This document shows positions 9,243 to 19,398 of a stretch of DNA of 64,000 nucleotides, one piece after another (the stretch's first letter is position 1; the number at the start of each line of letters is the position of its first letter). The DNA comes from Candidatus Bathyarchaeota archaeon (GTDB lineage: Archaea > Thermoproteota > Bathyarchaeia > Bathyarchaeales > Bathycorpusculaceae), in assembly GCA_963777155.1 (NCBI GenBank), contig CAVZPM010000039.1, forward strand, positions 32,001 to 96,000, written 5' to 3'. The position numbers and the translations under genes are program-made. The notes beneath the pieces were generated by a model. The model had not been told where the DNA came from, did not search any database, and worked only from the letters and a program-made list of their open reading frames with translations.

Positions 9243-10388
9243 TTACCGTTTAACGTGGTATTGTTCGATTGTGTCTTTGGCTTTTTCCCGTCGTTCCTGA
9301 TGTTGCTGCAGGAAAGCGTTGAGTTTTTCAGCAATGTCTTTTTTGCATTCGCCGCAGAGCATTTCGCCGCCTTTGCATCGGCGTTCGCGTTCGGCAAGTT
9401 TTTGGTTGTCTTCTTCGAATAAGAAGAAGTAGTATTGGAAAATGCTGCATACTGTTGGGTCGGCGCCTGTTTTGCGTTGTTCCGCAGCGGTGCCTTTACC
9501 GCCTGTGAAGGCATTCCATATCTTCTTTTTTACCACGTCTGGTTGGTCGGTGGTAAATATGCTTGTTTCAGGCATTGACGCACTCATTTTTCCACCTGCA
9601 CCAAGACCAGGGAGGAAGCGGCAATGGATTTGCGCGGGTTTGTAGTAACCGAGTTTTTGAGCTATGTCACGTGTTACTCGCCAGTAGGGGTCTTGGTCGA
9701 TAGCGGCTGGGATAAGTGCTGGTACGTTTTCACCAGTGAGTTTTTTATGGATAAAGCATGGGGCGGCTTGGATGGCAGGCCAGAAGACCCAGCCGATGTT
9801 GGTGCTGTCTTGGAAGCCAAAGCTGCTGCGGGCTGTGCTGTAGGTTATGCGTTTGGCAACTTCAAGGGTGATGTCGTAGAGTAGATCGATGTCTTTTGTG
9901 TCATAGATTATGAATGTGTCCTCGGGCTTGAATCCTAGAGCGATAAGGTCCAGCGCGTTTTCGTAGGACCACTTTTCAGTTTTTTTGAGGTCAGCGTTGT
10001 CGCTGATTAGGTATTTTTCGTCGTCTGTTATTTGGAAGTAGAGACGCGTTTTGAATTTTTGTTGAATATGCAGAGTGAATATCCACGGAACAAGATGTCC
10101 AATATGAACGGGACCGCTGGGTCCTCTGCCCGTGTAGAGCACAAACTTGGTGCCCTTATCGTATAAGTCAAGGACGGTATCGAGATCGCGGTGACTGAAG
10201 AAAATCTGTCTTTCCAGTTGGAGATGAAGTTTGTCTGTGTATTTCTCCACGCGGTTTAGAAGTTGGGGTGTGAGGGGTTGAGTGCCGAACTCTTTAATGA
10301 GACGTTGGTAATCCACTTTGCCCTTAACTTCCCAAGGAGTAACTACCATTTCATTGTTGTTCTCTTCAGCGTTAGCCGTTGTATTCAC
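9243..10388 (-). CDS. trpS: Tryptophan--tRNA ligase (archaeal type)
   Basis: VTPWEV, YTGRGPSGPVHIGH, DQDPYWR, KMSAS. Confidence 0.97.
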   Translation of the reverse strand: MNTTANAEENNNEMVVTPWEVKGKVDYQRLIKEFGTQPLTPQLLNRVEKYTDKLHLQLERQIFFSHRDLDTVLDLYDKGTKFVLYTGRGPSGPVHIGHLVPWIFTLHIQQKFKTRLYFQITDDEKYLISDNADLKKTEKWSYENALDLIALGFKPEDTFIIYDTKDIDLLYDITLEVAKRITYSTARSSFGFQDSTNIGWVFWPAIQAAPCFIHKKLTGENVPALIPAAIDQDPYWRVTRDIAQKLGYYKPAQIHCRFLPGLGAGGKMSASMPETSIFTTDQPDVVKKKIWNAFTGGKGTAAEQRKTGADPTVCSIFQYYFFLFEEDNQKLAERERRCKGGEMLCGECKKDIAEKLNAFLQQHQERREKAKDTIEQYHVKR

Positions 10389-10481
10389 CAGTACCTTTTA
10401 CAAGAAAGGTACCGTTTGCTGATATATGTTTTTTCCACTCAAGATATATTTGAAAACAAAATGTGTTCTGTATTCATTTTT

Positions 10482-10625
10482 CAAAGAATTAGCCCAAAAG
10501 GAAGAGTTAAGCGAACCAAGCCATGCGCCCGCAGGATAGAAGCCTAAAAAGGGCAGGGGTGGGCAACAGCTTTCTCCTGCTAGGAGCTAGATTCGCTCAA
10601 CTTTTGTTGGCTATCCTTTGCATTC
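10482..10625 (-). ncRNA. Candidate rod-shaped structured ncRNA (or MITE-like inverted-repeat element)
   Basis: ~35-40 nt imperfect inverted repeats (10482-10521 / 10586-10620), inner stem GCAGGA/TCCTGC, three G-U-compatible arm differences on the minus strand, TTATAT box at 10652-10657. Confidence 0.5.
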
Positions 10626-10749
10626 CTACTTACTGGTAACCTGCTGGATGGATATAAGATAATGTTGGTTACAGCTTGATGCAACAACTGGGAATAAACT
10701 GGCTCTTTAAATGAGTAGTATTTGAGGCTTTTTCCATTTTTCTTTTAAA

Positions 10750-12468
10750 CTACAAGTAGGCGTCGGTTACGTATCGGCGCATCATGCGGTGGCTATTGAA
10801 GTAGTAGGCTATCTTGCCGATGGAGTTTTTCATCATCTTTATCCATTCGTCATGTCTATCGTAGAACATCGGAGTGATAACGTACTCCAGCTTGTTATAG
10901 AGGTCGTCAGCTTCTTTCTTGAAGAGCGTTTGGTTGTCCAAGTTTTCGACGTTTGCGGGTCCAATCGACCAGCCTGTAAGGTTTTCCATCCAACCTTCCA
11001 TCCACCAGCCATCAAGAACGCTTAGGTTGATTACACCGTTGTGCGCAGCTTTCATTCCGCTTGTTCCCGAAGCCTCCATTGGTCGAAGCGGCGTGTTAAG
11101 CCAAACATCAACACCAGAAACCATCTTGGCAGCGATGCCCATATTGTAGTCTTCTAAGTAAACTATTTCGATGTCTTCTTTGAGTTGTTTAGCGTAATTG
11201 TAGATTTGCTCTATGAGTTTTTTTCCGCCTTCGTCTCGGGGGTGAGCTTTGCCAGCGAATATGACTTGGAACTTTCCTTTTCTGCTTATCGCGCGAAGTC
11301 TGTCAAGGTTAGAGAACAGTAGGGTGGGTCGCTTGTATTCGGTTGCTCTTCGGGCAAACCCAATAGTAAATATGTCTGTGCTTAGGTTAGCGTCTGTTGC
11401 CTGGTTAGCGTAGTCTATTAAGATCTTTTTTTGTTCCTCGTGGGCATGCCAGATTTCGCAATCAGGAATAATGTCAACTTTAGCTAGCAATTCTGGCTCA
11501 ATCGCCCAGCCTGGCAGGTACTGGTCATAGATTTTTCGGAAGTTTTCCCCTGTCCAAGTAAACGAGTGAACACCATTGGTTACCGCGTGAATTTCGTAGC
11601 CTGCAAACATTTTGCTGGAGATTTCCTGATGACGTTTAGCGACGCCGTTTACATACTTGCTTAAGTTAAGTGCGAGGCAAGTCATGTTCAGTCGGTCACA
11701 GCTGCCATATTCCTTTAAGGTGTCTAAATCGCCTACTCCTAGTACCTCAGCAACCAGGTCATAGTTGAATTTGTCATGTCCAGCTTCAACAGGTGTATGT
11801 GTTGTAAAAATGCATAGTTCTCTAACTTTTTCCGGATCTGAATCGTTTTTCCGTAGTAGCTCAACGGCTAGAAGGCTGGAGTGTCCCTCATTCATATGGT
11901 ATTTTCTTACCTTGAAGCCCAAGGCATCAAGCATTCTGACTCCGCCAAAACCCAAAATTGCCTCCTGTTTCAGTCGGTAGCTTTCGTTTCCGCCGTAGAG
12001 GTAAAAAGTTATTTCTCTATCCTCCGCTGTGTTTCCATCACAATCGGTATCGAGAAATAGGACTGGAACTATTCCTCCTGTCACACTTTGGTACTTATAG
12101 ACCCATGTCTTAACTTTTACACTGCGCCCCTCTATCTGGACATGGACTTCGTTTGGGGCAAGGGTCATGAATTTCTCGGGGCTCCATTCACGTGGTTGCT
12201 CTGTTTGTCTTCCGTCCTGATCGAGTTTTTGCCTAAAATAATTTCGTTTACTGATTAATGTCACAGCGACAAGGGGAAGCTTTAGGTCGGCGCTGGAACG
12301 GATGGCATCTCCTGCCAATGTGCCTAATCCACCTGCGTATGTGGGGATATCGCTGGTTAACCCTACTTCCATAGAGAAATAAGCTATCTTCTGACCTTTC
12401 AGTACACCCTCCAAATTATCCATCGATTTTTCCCCTCTCATTTCTGCTAACGGTGCGCCCCTCACCAT
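10750..12468 (-). CDS. glgP: Alpha-glucan phosphorylase
   Basis: YFSMEVG, YAGGLGTLAGD, HMNEGH, FARRATEYKR, EASGTSGMK; start may be ATG 12423. Confidence 0.95.
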   Translation of the reverse strand: MVRGAPLAEMRGEKSMDNLEGVLKGQKIAYFSMEVGLTSDIPTYAGGLGTLAGDAIRSSADLKLPLVAVTLISKRNYFRQKLDQDGRQTEQPREWSPEKFMTLAPNEVHVQIEGRSVKVKTWVYKYQSVTGGIVPVLFLDTDCDGNTAEDREITFYLYGGNESYRLKQEAILGFGGVRMLDALGFKVRKYHMNEGHSSLLAVELLRKNDSDPEKVRELCIFTTHTPVEAGHDKFNYDLVAEVLGVGDLDTLKEYGSCDRLNMTCLALNLSKYVNGVAKRHQEISSKMFAGYEIHAVTNGVHSFTWTGENFRKIYDQYLPGWAIEPELLAKVDIIPDCEIWHAHEEQKKILIDYANQATDANLSTDIFTIGFARRATEYKRPTLLFSNLDRLRAISRKGKFQVIFAGKAHPRDEGGKKLIEQIYNYAKQLKEDIEIVYLEDYNMGIAAKMVSGVDVWLNTPLRPMEASGTSGMKAAHNGVINLSVLDGWWMEGWMENLTGWSIGPANVENLDNQTLFKKEADDLYNKLEYVITPMFYDRHDEWIKMMKNSIGKIAYYFNSHRMMRRYVTDAYL

Positions 12469-12577
12469 CGCTTAGCAGCATTAAATCCATCCATGCAGGG
12501 GATTGTCTTAATCTACTTTTCGCAAACCCAGAAAAATAAGCGTAAAAGAAAAAACCAAAAATTAAGAAATGTGTTGA

Positions 12578-13752
12578 TTATGTTGTTGGCGCTGGTCGGG
12601 TTCCTAAAACAACGGTTACTGAGGTCTGCGAGTTTCCTCTGACCACTGTCATAACTAGGCTGTCTCCTGGTAAGGTGTTTTCTTCTAGGTAACTGGCTAA
12701 GTCATCGTTGTTTTTGATAGTTTGCTGGTTTACAACAGTTCCGTTTGATCCCTGTAGTCCCATGGCTATGATGATGTCGTTGGCTTCAAGTTTTCCTGCT
12801 GAAGGTCCTCCAATTGAAATTGAGGAGATTCTTCCAACCGTAAGTTACGCTAGCGTTTGATTGTTGTGCTGTAGTGTAGTCCATGTCGGTTCCCATGACG
12901 CCGAGGTATGAGTGGCCATGGTAGGATCCTGTGCTGATTAATGCTGAGACTTCTCTTAGTATGGTATCAGTGGGGATGGCAAAGCCTAAACCTTGGGAGT
13001 CAGAAACGATGGCTGTGGTTATGCCTACTACGTTTCCAACAGCATTTAACAATGGACCCCCAGAGTTTCCTGGGTTTATTGGTGTGCTGGTTTGGATTAT
13101 GTTGGCGATTGCATATCCTCCTGCAGTATCCTCCGTTATGGTTCTTCCTGTGGCACTGACAACACCCGTAGTTAGTGATCCTACGAGCCCATACGGGTTT
13201 CCTATGGCGATTACTGGTTCACCAACACTCAATGAAGATGAACTAACGATTGTAAGTGGCTTAAACTCTGAAGCTGGGGCATTAGAGGAAACGGAAACAA
13301 CAGCTAAATCAGAGTACGGGTCGGTTCCAAGAACAGTGGCTGAGTAGCCATGTCCATCGGAGAATGTAACGCTTAGACCGGTTGTGCCCTCTACAACATG
13401 GTAATTGGTTAGCACGACGTTTCGACCAGCAAAATTATATATGAAACCTGATCCTTGGACGCCACCGCTGCTGGTGGTGCCTTGAACCAGAACCACTGAA
13501 GATCGAACATTAGCATAGATTTCTGCTAGCGAGGTTCCATTTTGCACTATGTTGATGTTTTGGGTGGTGGCGTTTTGGAAACCTCTGAGTTCAGAAATTT
13601 GGCTCTGTAAAAAAGAAACTTGACTGTTTATCTTTGAAACCTGCTGGTATTCGACTAAGGAAAATCAGCAGTCCTCCAACTAGCAATCCTGCAACGAATA
13701 GTAGTACCAGGATGCCTGCTGAGGCTTTACTGTAGCCTTTGGACGTAAACAT
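12578..13752 (-). CDS. htrA: HtrA/DegP-like trypsin serine protease with PDZ domain (two apparent +1 frameshifts)
   Basis: TNYHVV, SDLAV, GNSGGPLL catalytic motifs; TM N-terminus from ATG 13752 (MFTSKGYSKASAGILVLLFV) joins after an extra base near 13660; PDZ part joins after an extra base near 12833. Confidence 0.85.
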
Positions 13753-13797
13753 GCACTTGCCTCGAAAGAGGATTCACGAATAAGAAAATAAAAGTTG

Positions 13798-14803
13798 CTA
13801 TGCACGGCGGTCTATGAGGTCTAGGGCGTCTGGTCCAGTGCCGATGAAAACGATGGGTACGCCTGTTCGGGTTTCAGCTTCTTTTATGAAGTCTTTGGCT
13901 TCTTTGGGCAGATCGCTGTATTTCCTTGCGCCTTTGCAGCTGGGATATATGCAGTCGAGCTTTGTCATCGCAGCTTGGGTTGCACCATTTATTTTTGCTG
14001 TCTTCTTGGCTAAGTCAAAGTCGAAGGGTGCACTGCGGCGATCACGACCAGTTCCAGCTGCAACCTCAAACCACCCTCTCTTCTGGGCTTCTTCCTTGGT
14101 TATTTCGCCTGGCAACGGTCCAGCGCCCACCCTTGTCATGAACGACTTGTAAACGATAATTACGTCATCTACCCTTGTGGGTCCCACGCCTGCCTCTGAA
14201 GCAATGGCAGACGCTCCCGTGTCTCTACCTGTAACGTATGGATAGCCTCCGCCTAGAAACAATGATAACATAAAGCCCTGAGTGCCTTCAAGAAGCACTT
14301 TTTTGCCTAAATCCAAGCCGTCGTTTACTTCAGATACTTCGTCGGCAAGGAATGGTTTGAGTTCAGGGATGTCTTTGGCAAGTTTAGCTGTGCGCCTTAC
14401 GCGTTCTTCAAGGGCTGGTCCAACACCCCACCCTGTGGTTCCTATGCCCTTGTTGACAGTGCTTGCCTTGTCTTGGTCGCTGTGTTTTTGCTCGATAATG
14501 GAGGCGTATTGATCTATGCCTACTGCGTTTTGGGTCGACTTGGGTAAGTTCCATTTCTTTGAAGAATTGTCCAACATGAACGTTTGCACCTGCGGCTATG
14601 AGGAGGCGTGTTTTTGGGTTGATGAAGGCTGCTGGAACCATGTGGAGGGCAAATTTTTTGCCTTCATACCATATGGTGTGTGCTGCGTTAACTGAGCCTG
14701 TTCGAACGCAGAAATCAAGGTTATCTTTTAGGGCTAAGTACGAGATTATTTTTCCTTTGCCTTCGTCTCCCCAGAAGGCGCCTACAATTACTGAGCATGG
14801 CAT
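13798..14803 (-). CDS. purA: Adenylosuccinate synthetase (short archaeal type; one apparent frameshift near 14525)
   Basis: GAFWGDEGKGK and NAAHT in one frame; GTTGWGVGPA, EGTQG, YPYVT, TKLD in the next. Confidence 0.93.
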
Positions 14804-14965
14804 AGCTTTTCACGTGCACATGTCAGTTCAAGAATTATTTAAAGCTGTAGGGTTCTTCTGGAGAATGCTTCATTTTTAGCTTCGTTTTCGTCTGCATTTG
14901 TTAGTTCAGCTAAATTGAACAATGCCGATGTAGAAAAAATGGGAGAAACAAGAAAACCCATGTTT

Positions 14966-15346
14966 CTAGTGGCAGCGACTCGTCGCCTCTGCATCGATTA
15001 TTTTCAGAAGCGCAATCACACGTTTACCCTTCAATTTTTTTTCTGAAAGCGTTATTGAATTCCTCAACTCACAAATATCATCTAAAATTATCCCTACTTC
15101 CTCATCCAAAATGACTGGGTAAACTCTGCAGCCCGCAGGGCGGTCCACGTAGACGCTGCATTGGCGGTTTTTTAGATCGTAGAAGGTGCAGTAGCCATCA
15201 CTGTTTTTCAATAGAGCGTAACCTTGTCTGTCATATTGCACGAATTGATTTTCGCTAAAACCTTTCTCTTCTAGACGTTTAATGTCTTTTTTAGAAAGTA
15301 ACATTTCGGTTTCTGTGCAACAGACTCCACAATTTGAACAACGCAT
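14966..15346 (-). CDS. YkgJ family cysteine-cluster protein
   Basis: CSNCGVCC...CTFY...CSVYVDRPAGCRVYP. Confidence 0.85.
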   Translation of the reverse strand: MRCSNCGVCCTETEMLLSKKDIKRLEEKGFSENQFVQYDRQGYALLKNSDGYCTFYDLKNRQCSVYVDRPAGCRVYPVILDEEVGIILDDICELRNSITLSEKKLKGKRVIALLKIIDAEATSRCH

Positions 15347-15398
15347 AAACGTGAACTAGTTTGGGTGGTATTTGTCTTTTTATCTTCGTCAGTTATCT

Positions 15399-15647
15399 TT
15401 AGGCCGAGTTTTTCATTAAATTAATGTTAAGCATTTCGGCCCATGCAATATTTCTTAGAGGCACGCAAGTGGCTTTACGATTACCTATAAGCGAATATTC
15501 AATCAAGTGTTTATTTTTTCCAACACCCTTGGTCATCTTTGTTAGTTGAACATTCACTATTACTGCCCCATCTTTAAGGTGTAAATTAACGTTTCTTCCA
15601 ATGAAGGACCTTGCGCTATTGGCACTGAAGCTCTCCAACTCTACCAT
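15399..15647 (-). CDS. Small hypothetical protein, possible Sm/LSm-like fold
   Basis: FIGRNVNLHLKDG (Sm1-like) and VPLRNIAWAE (Sm2-like). Confidence 0.55.
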   Translation of the reverse strand: MVELESFSANSARSFIGRNVNLHLKDGAVIVNVQLTKMTKGVGKNKHLIEYSLIGNRKATCVPLRNIAWAEMLNINLMKNSA

Positions 15648-15898
15648 TCCTCATCTTGTTCAGCAATTTTGCTCCAGCATTGCTGGCATATAGGCAGGTT
15701 TTCTCCTTTTATTTGGATGTAGAGTTTAATGTTTTCGCTTTTACAAGTGTCTCTCCAAGGGTTTTTGCAGTGTTCCATTTTTTTGCCTCAAGTCACAGCT
15801 CTTGTGTTTTTTACTTTTAAAGTCGTTGCAGTAGCTACCGTTTGATTCTGGGGAGGGTTGAGTGAAAGTGAAACTTTATACGCTAAGTTATCGATTGA

Positions 15899-16366
15899 TT
15901 GATTGTGGTGTTAATGGCTTTTTTGAACAACAGTGTTGCGCTCATAATTACAGCTAATTTAGTAATTCAAATCGCTGTACTGTTTTTGCTTGCTTACGGT
16001 TACAATTTAAAAAGAAAACTGAAGTTTCGACATCATGGGATAGTTATGTCTACCGCTCTTATCCTACATCTGATAATGGCGGCTTATGTGATGATACCTT
16101 CATTTGTTTTTGCAGTGATAAAAGAGTATATTATACCTGCTCCCTTAGCAGCTACCTCAGTTGTCGCAATGATTCATGCAATACTCGGTTCAATTGCCCT
16201 CTCTTTTGGTATTTGGTTGGTGGCTTCATGGCGTTTTAGCAAAAACTTCCAAGGATGCTTCAGCAGGAAAAAATACATGCTGAAAACTCTGACAGTTTGG
16301 GTTGCTTCGTTAATCTTTGGTATAATCCTCTACTTACTATTTATCGGATCCGTTTTAAAGGGTTAA
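15899..16366 (+). CDS. DUF420-like four-TM membrane protein
   Basis: Four hydrophobic helices with HHG, LH and HAILG histidines. Confidence 0.65.
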   Translation: MIVVLMAFLNNSVALIITANLVIQIAVLFLLAYGYNLKRKLKFRHHGIVMSTALILHLIMAAYVMIPSFVFAVIKEYIIPAPLAATSVVAMIHAILGSIALSFGIWLVASWRFSKNFQGCFSRKKYMLKTLTVWVASLIFGIILYLLFIGSVLKG

Positions 16367-16902
16367 AGTTCGATTATCTGTGGAGTTATGTTTTCCCGGG
16401 TGATTTTTAGTAGTGCAACCGAAGGTTTAGTCATTACTAACTGTGGATCCGTTGGGCTGCCTGGATTAATGTAGAGGATCTTATTTTCCCATCTGACATT
16501 AGGCGAATGTGTATGTCCATAGACAAAGACGTCAAAATTTTGCCCATTAATTTCAGCTATCTTGTCTGTACCATAGAGACTGCCTTGGTCATGAACTACT
16601 CCGATTTTCCAATCGAAAACCTTTAATGAGTTGAATCTGGGAAACCCACTTGTGACTTCTAAGCAATCCATGTTGCCATGAACAGCTAAGACTGGTGCAA
16701 TCTGCTCCAACTCATCAACCACAGACAATTCAACCAAGTCGCCAGCGTGAATAATGTAGTCTGCATTTTCGAAGATTTCAAAAACTCTCTTGGGTATTGC
16801 TCTTGCTCTTTTGGGTACATGCGTATCAGAGATTAACCCGACGGTTTTAACGGGAATGAGATTTGGAGGTTCTTTTTTTATTAATGCTTGTTCACCGAGC
16901 AT
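16363..16902 (-). CDS. YfcE/MJ0936 family metallophosphoesterase
   Basis: ISDTH, HAGD, VHGNMD, GHTH, NPGS. Confidence 0.92.
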   Translation of the reverse strand: MLGEQALIKKEPPNLIPVKTVGLISDTHVPKRARAIPKRVFEIFENADYIIHAGDLVELSVVDELEQIAPVLAVHGNMDCLEVTSGFPRFNSLKVFDWKIGVVHDQGSLYGTDKIAEINGQNFDVFVYGHTHSPNVRWENKILYINPGSPTDPQLVMTKPSVALLKITRENITPQIIEL

Positions 16903-17001
16903 TTAGGGTTGCCTCTATAGTAGGATAGCTTCACAATAACATAGCACTATGGCAATAAAAATTGAACTGTTAAAAAAAGCTCAAAATGTATTAAGGTAGA
17001 T

Positions 17002-18360
17002 TTAGGTCATGAATCTTTTGACCGTTTCGTAGAGGATGCTTGTTCCGAAAACAAGGTTCTCCACTGTTATGCGTTCATCGATGCCATGCATACGTTTTTC
17101 CAATTCGTCATTGGGTTCATCGGGTCGCATGGGGTGAAAACCGTAGCATACGCTGCCCATTTCCCTAAAAAAGCGCGAATCAGTTCCACCTGTTGTCAAT
17201 GTAGGGGTTACTCCACAGTTTGGCTCGAATTCTTTTAGAACCTCAGTTATGGTTTCATAGAGGGGTGTTTGCGTCGTAGATTCATTGCCGTCATGAATTT
17301 GTATGATTTCAAAACTTAACTTATCCAACCCCACATCCCCAAGCAAACCTTTGATGATTGCAAGTGTTTCATCTACACTTTGTCCCGGCAATACACGACA
17401 ATCAAAGACTGTTTCGCATTCGGATGGTATGATGTTTTCTTTCACTCCCCCGTGGATAATGGTTGGGGTTATGGTGGTTTTAGTTCTAGGTCTTATTTCC
17501 TCTGCCAACGCCTTTTGCGTTTTGGCTAGCTGGTCTAGGATTTGGTTGCTTTGCCTAGGGTTGTCTAGTAACTGCGTAAGTGGTCCATTTAGCTCTGGGT
17601 TCAGTTTTGCTATTTCAGATAGAAACTTTCTAAGAGTTGGGACATAGAAGGTTTCTGGCTGGTAAGTGCTAAGTCTGTTTATAACCATGTTCATTCGTAA
17701 AATTGCGTTGTCAGCCATATTTGGCGTCGAACCGTGCCCAGGGGTTCCTTTAGCTTTTACTTTGAACCAGAGGATACCTTTTTCCGCGGTCTGCACTGGA
17801 TAGACATTACCCATCTCCTGTGGGATAGCCAATCCACCCCCTTCGTTAAGTACATAGGGGCACCAAACTTTTTCCTTATAATTCCTTAAAAGATAGCCTG
17901 CACCTTCTTCTCCACCTTTTTCCTCATCGGCAGTGGCTGCCAGCACTACATCACCTTTTAGGGGTATGTTGTTCCTCTTAAGAAGCAAGAGAGTTAGGAC
18001 TTCGACGGAGGTCATGCCTTTCATGTCATAGGCGCCTCTACCATAGACATAGCCATCTTTTACTGTTCCAGCGAAGGGGTCAACACTCCATTCAACTGGG
18101 TTTGCCGCAACAACGTCGATGTGTGAGAGCAATAGTAGGTTTGGTTTTTCGCCTGTTCCCTTGAGTCGTGTAATTAGGCTGCCTCTGCCTGGAGCTGATT
18201 CGATGACTTCTGTTTTAAGGCCTTCTTTTGATAGATAATTAGAGATGAAGTTGGCTGCTACCGTCTCGTTACCAGGTGGGTTGGTTGTGTTTATGCGTAT
18301 TAAATTGCTAAGAAAACTTGTGACTTCTTGCTCTATCTCCTTTAGGATTTGAATCGGCAT
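17002..18360 (-). CDS. M20/M25/M40 family metallopeptidase
   Basis: SHIDVV, GRGAYDMKG, DEEKGG, GGTDSRF, HGIDERI. Confidence 0.92.
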   Translation of the reverse strand: MPIQILKEIEQEVTSFLSNLIRINTTNPPGNETVAANFISNYLSKEGLKTEVIESAPGRGSLITRLKGTGEKPNLLLLSHIDVVAANPVEWSVDPFAGTVKDGYVYGRGAYDMKGMTSVEVLTLLLLKRNNIPLKGDVVLAATADEEKGGEEGAGYLLRNYKEKVWCPYVLNEGGGLAIPQEMGNVYPVQTAEKGILWFKVKAKGTPGHGSTPNMADNAILRMNMVINRLSTYQPETFYVPTLRKFLSEIAKLNPELNGPLTQLLDNPRQSNQILDQLAKTQKALAEEIRPRTKTTITPTIIHGGVKENIIPSECETVFDCRVLPGQSVDETLAIIKGLLGDVGLDKLSFEIIQIHDGNESTTQTPLYETITEVLKEFEPNCGVTPTLTTGGTDSRFFREMGSVCYGFHPMRPDEPNDELEKRMHGIDERITVENLVFGTSILYETVKRFMT

Positions 18361-18510
18361 TTTAGGAGTACCTGCATGTTTAAGACAATGTTTTCTCTTA
18401 AGAGTATCTGTTGCTGTGTGCCTGTTGAACTGGGAGTATTTGGCGATTATTCAACATGAAGTTTATATATGATGGCAAAAAATGCTATTGAGTAACAAAA
18501 AAAGTTTAAG

Positions 18511-19029
18511 TTGATTGCAATGAAGGACCTAAAACCAATTGATTACAAGATTCTGTTTGAGCTTATGAAGGACTCGCATAGAAGCGATAGGCAACTTGCA
18601 AAAGCCCTCGGTGTTTCCCAACCAACAGTGACCCGGAGAAGGGCCATGCTGGAAGAAAACTTTATTGAAGGATACACGGTAATCCCCAAATTTGGTCAAA
18701 TAGGATTTGAAATTGCGGCCATAACTTTTTTGAAGAGTAAACTGAAATGTATGGCAGGCGAGGATAAGGCTCAGGCATTACAAAAGATGAAAGAATGGTT
18801 CACAAAACAAACCAATGTTGTTCTTGCTTTAGATGGCAGAGGGATGGGTTGGGATTCCGTATGTGTTTCACTTCATGAAAACTTTGAGAGCTTTGCAGCT
18901 TTTATTAGAGCTCTTGATTCTGACCTTTCAGATTGGGTGGTTGAGAGTCAAACTTTCAACGCCGATCTTAAGGGCGGAATAGTGATTAAACCATTCCACC
19001 TCAAGTATTTGGCATCTACAAAACAGTAG
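18511..19029 (+). CDS. Lrp/AsnC family transcriptional regulator
   Basis: DYKILFELMKDSHRSDRQLAKALGVSQPTVTRR helix-turn-helix. Confidence 0.88.
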   Translation: MIAMKDLKPIDYKILFELMKDSHRSDRQLAKALGVSQPTVTRRRAMLEENFIEGYTVIPKFGQIGFEIAAITFLKSKLKCMAGEDKAQALQKMKEWFTKQTNVVLALDGRGMGWDSVCVSLHENFESFAAFIRALDSDLSDWVVESQTFNADLKGGIVIKPFHLKYLASTKQ

Positions 19030-19398
19030 ACGCCAACCAAAACCTTCCTTCTATCTTTTCTTATTATTAAGCAGCTGTAGCCTTTCTAGTTTGAGGTACT
19101 CTCAAGTAATTTCTATGGCAATAGCGTCGAGAAGAGTTCCTCTGAATTATATGCGGCTAATCTTCTTTAGAATCCTTTTTTTAGGCAGCTTTGGCTTTTT
19201 TGTCCTACTTACATCAGTGGTCAAACAAATCAACCAAGTTGAATCTATATTTGCTAACCAAAGATAAGATATTGGGCTTGTCGTGAAATAGGTTTTTGTT
19301 CTTTTTAAGGGTTAAAGCCAAAATGGCAGGGTAAAAGCATATATCTCTTAACTATTCCTGTTTTCTTTCACGTTAACCTCTTGCACTAAGGCGAAAAC

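Noticed and set aside
10507-10623. ORF MQRIANKS-TGA-ANLAPS... as a possible selenoprotein
   Set aside because: No redox motif or recognisable SECIS; better explained as a by-product of the structured element
14500-14545. Programmed frameshifting in purA and the other split genes
   Set aside because: No shared slippery motif or stimulatory structure; scattered single-base insertions fit sequencing error
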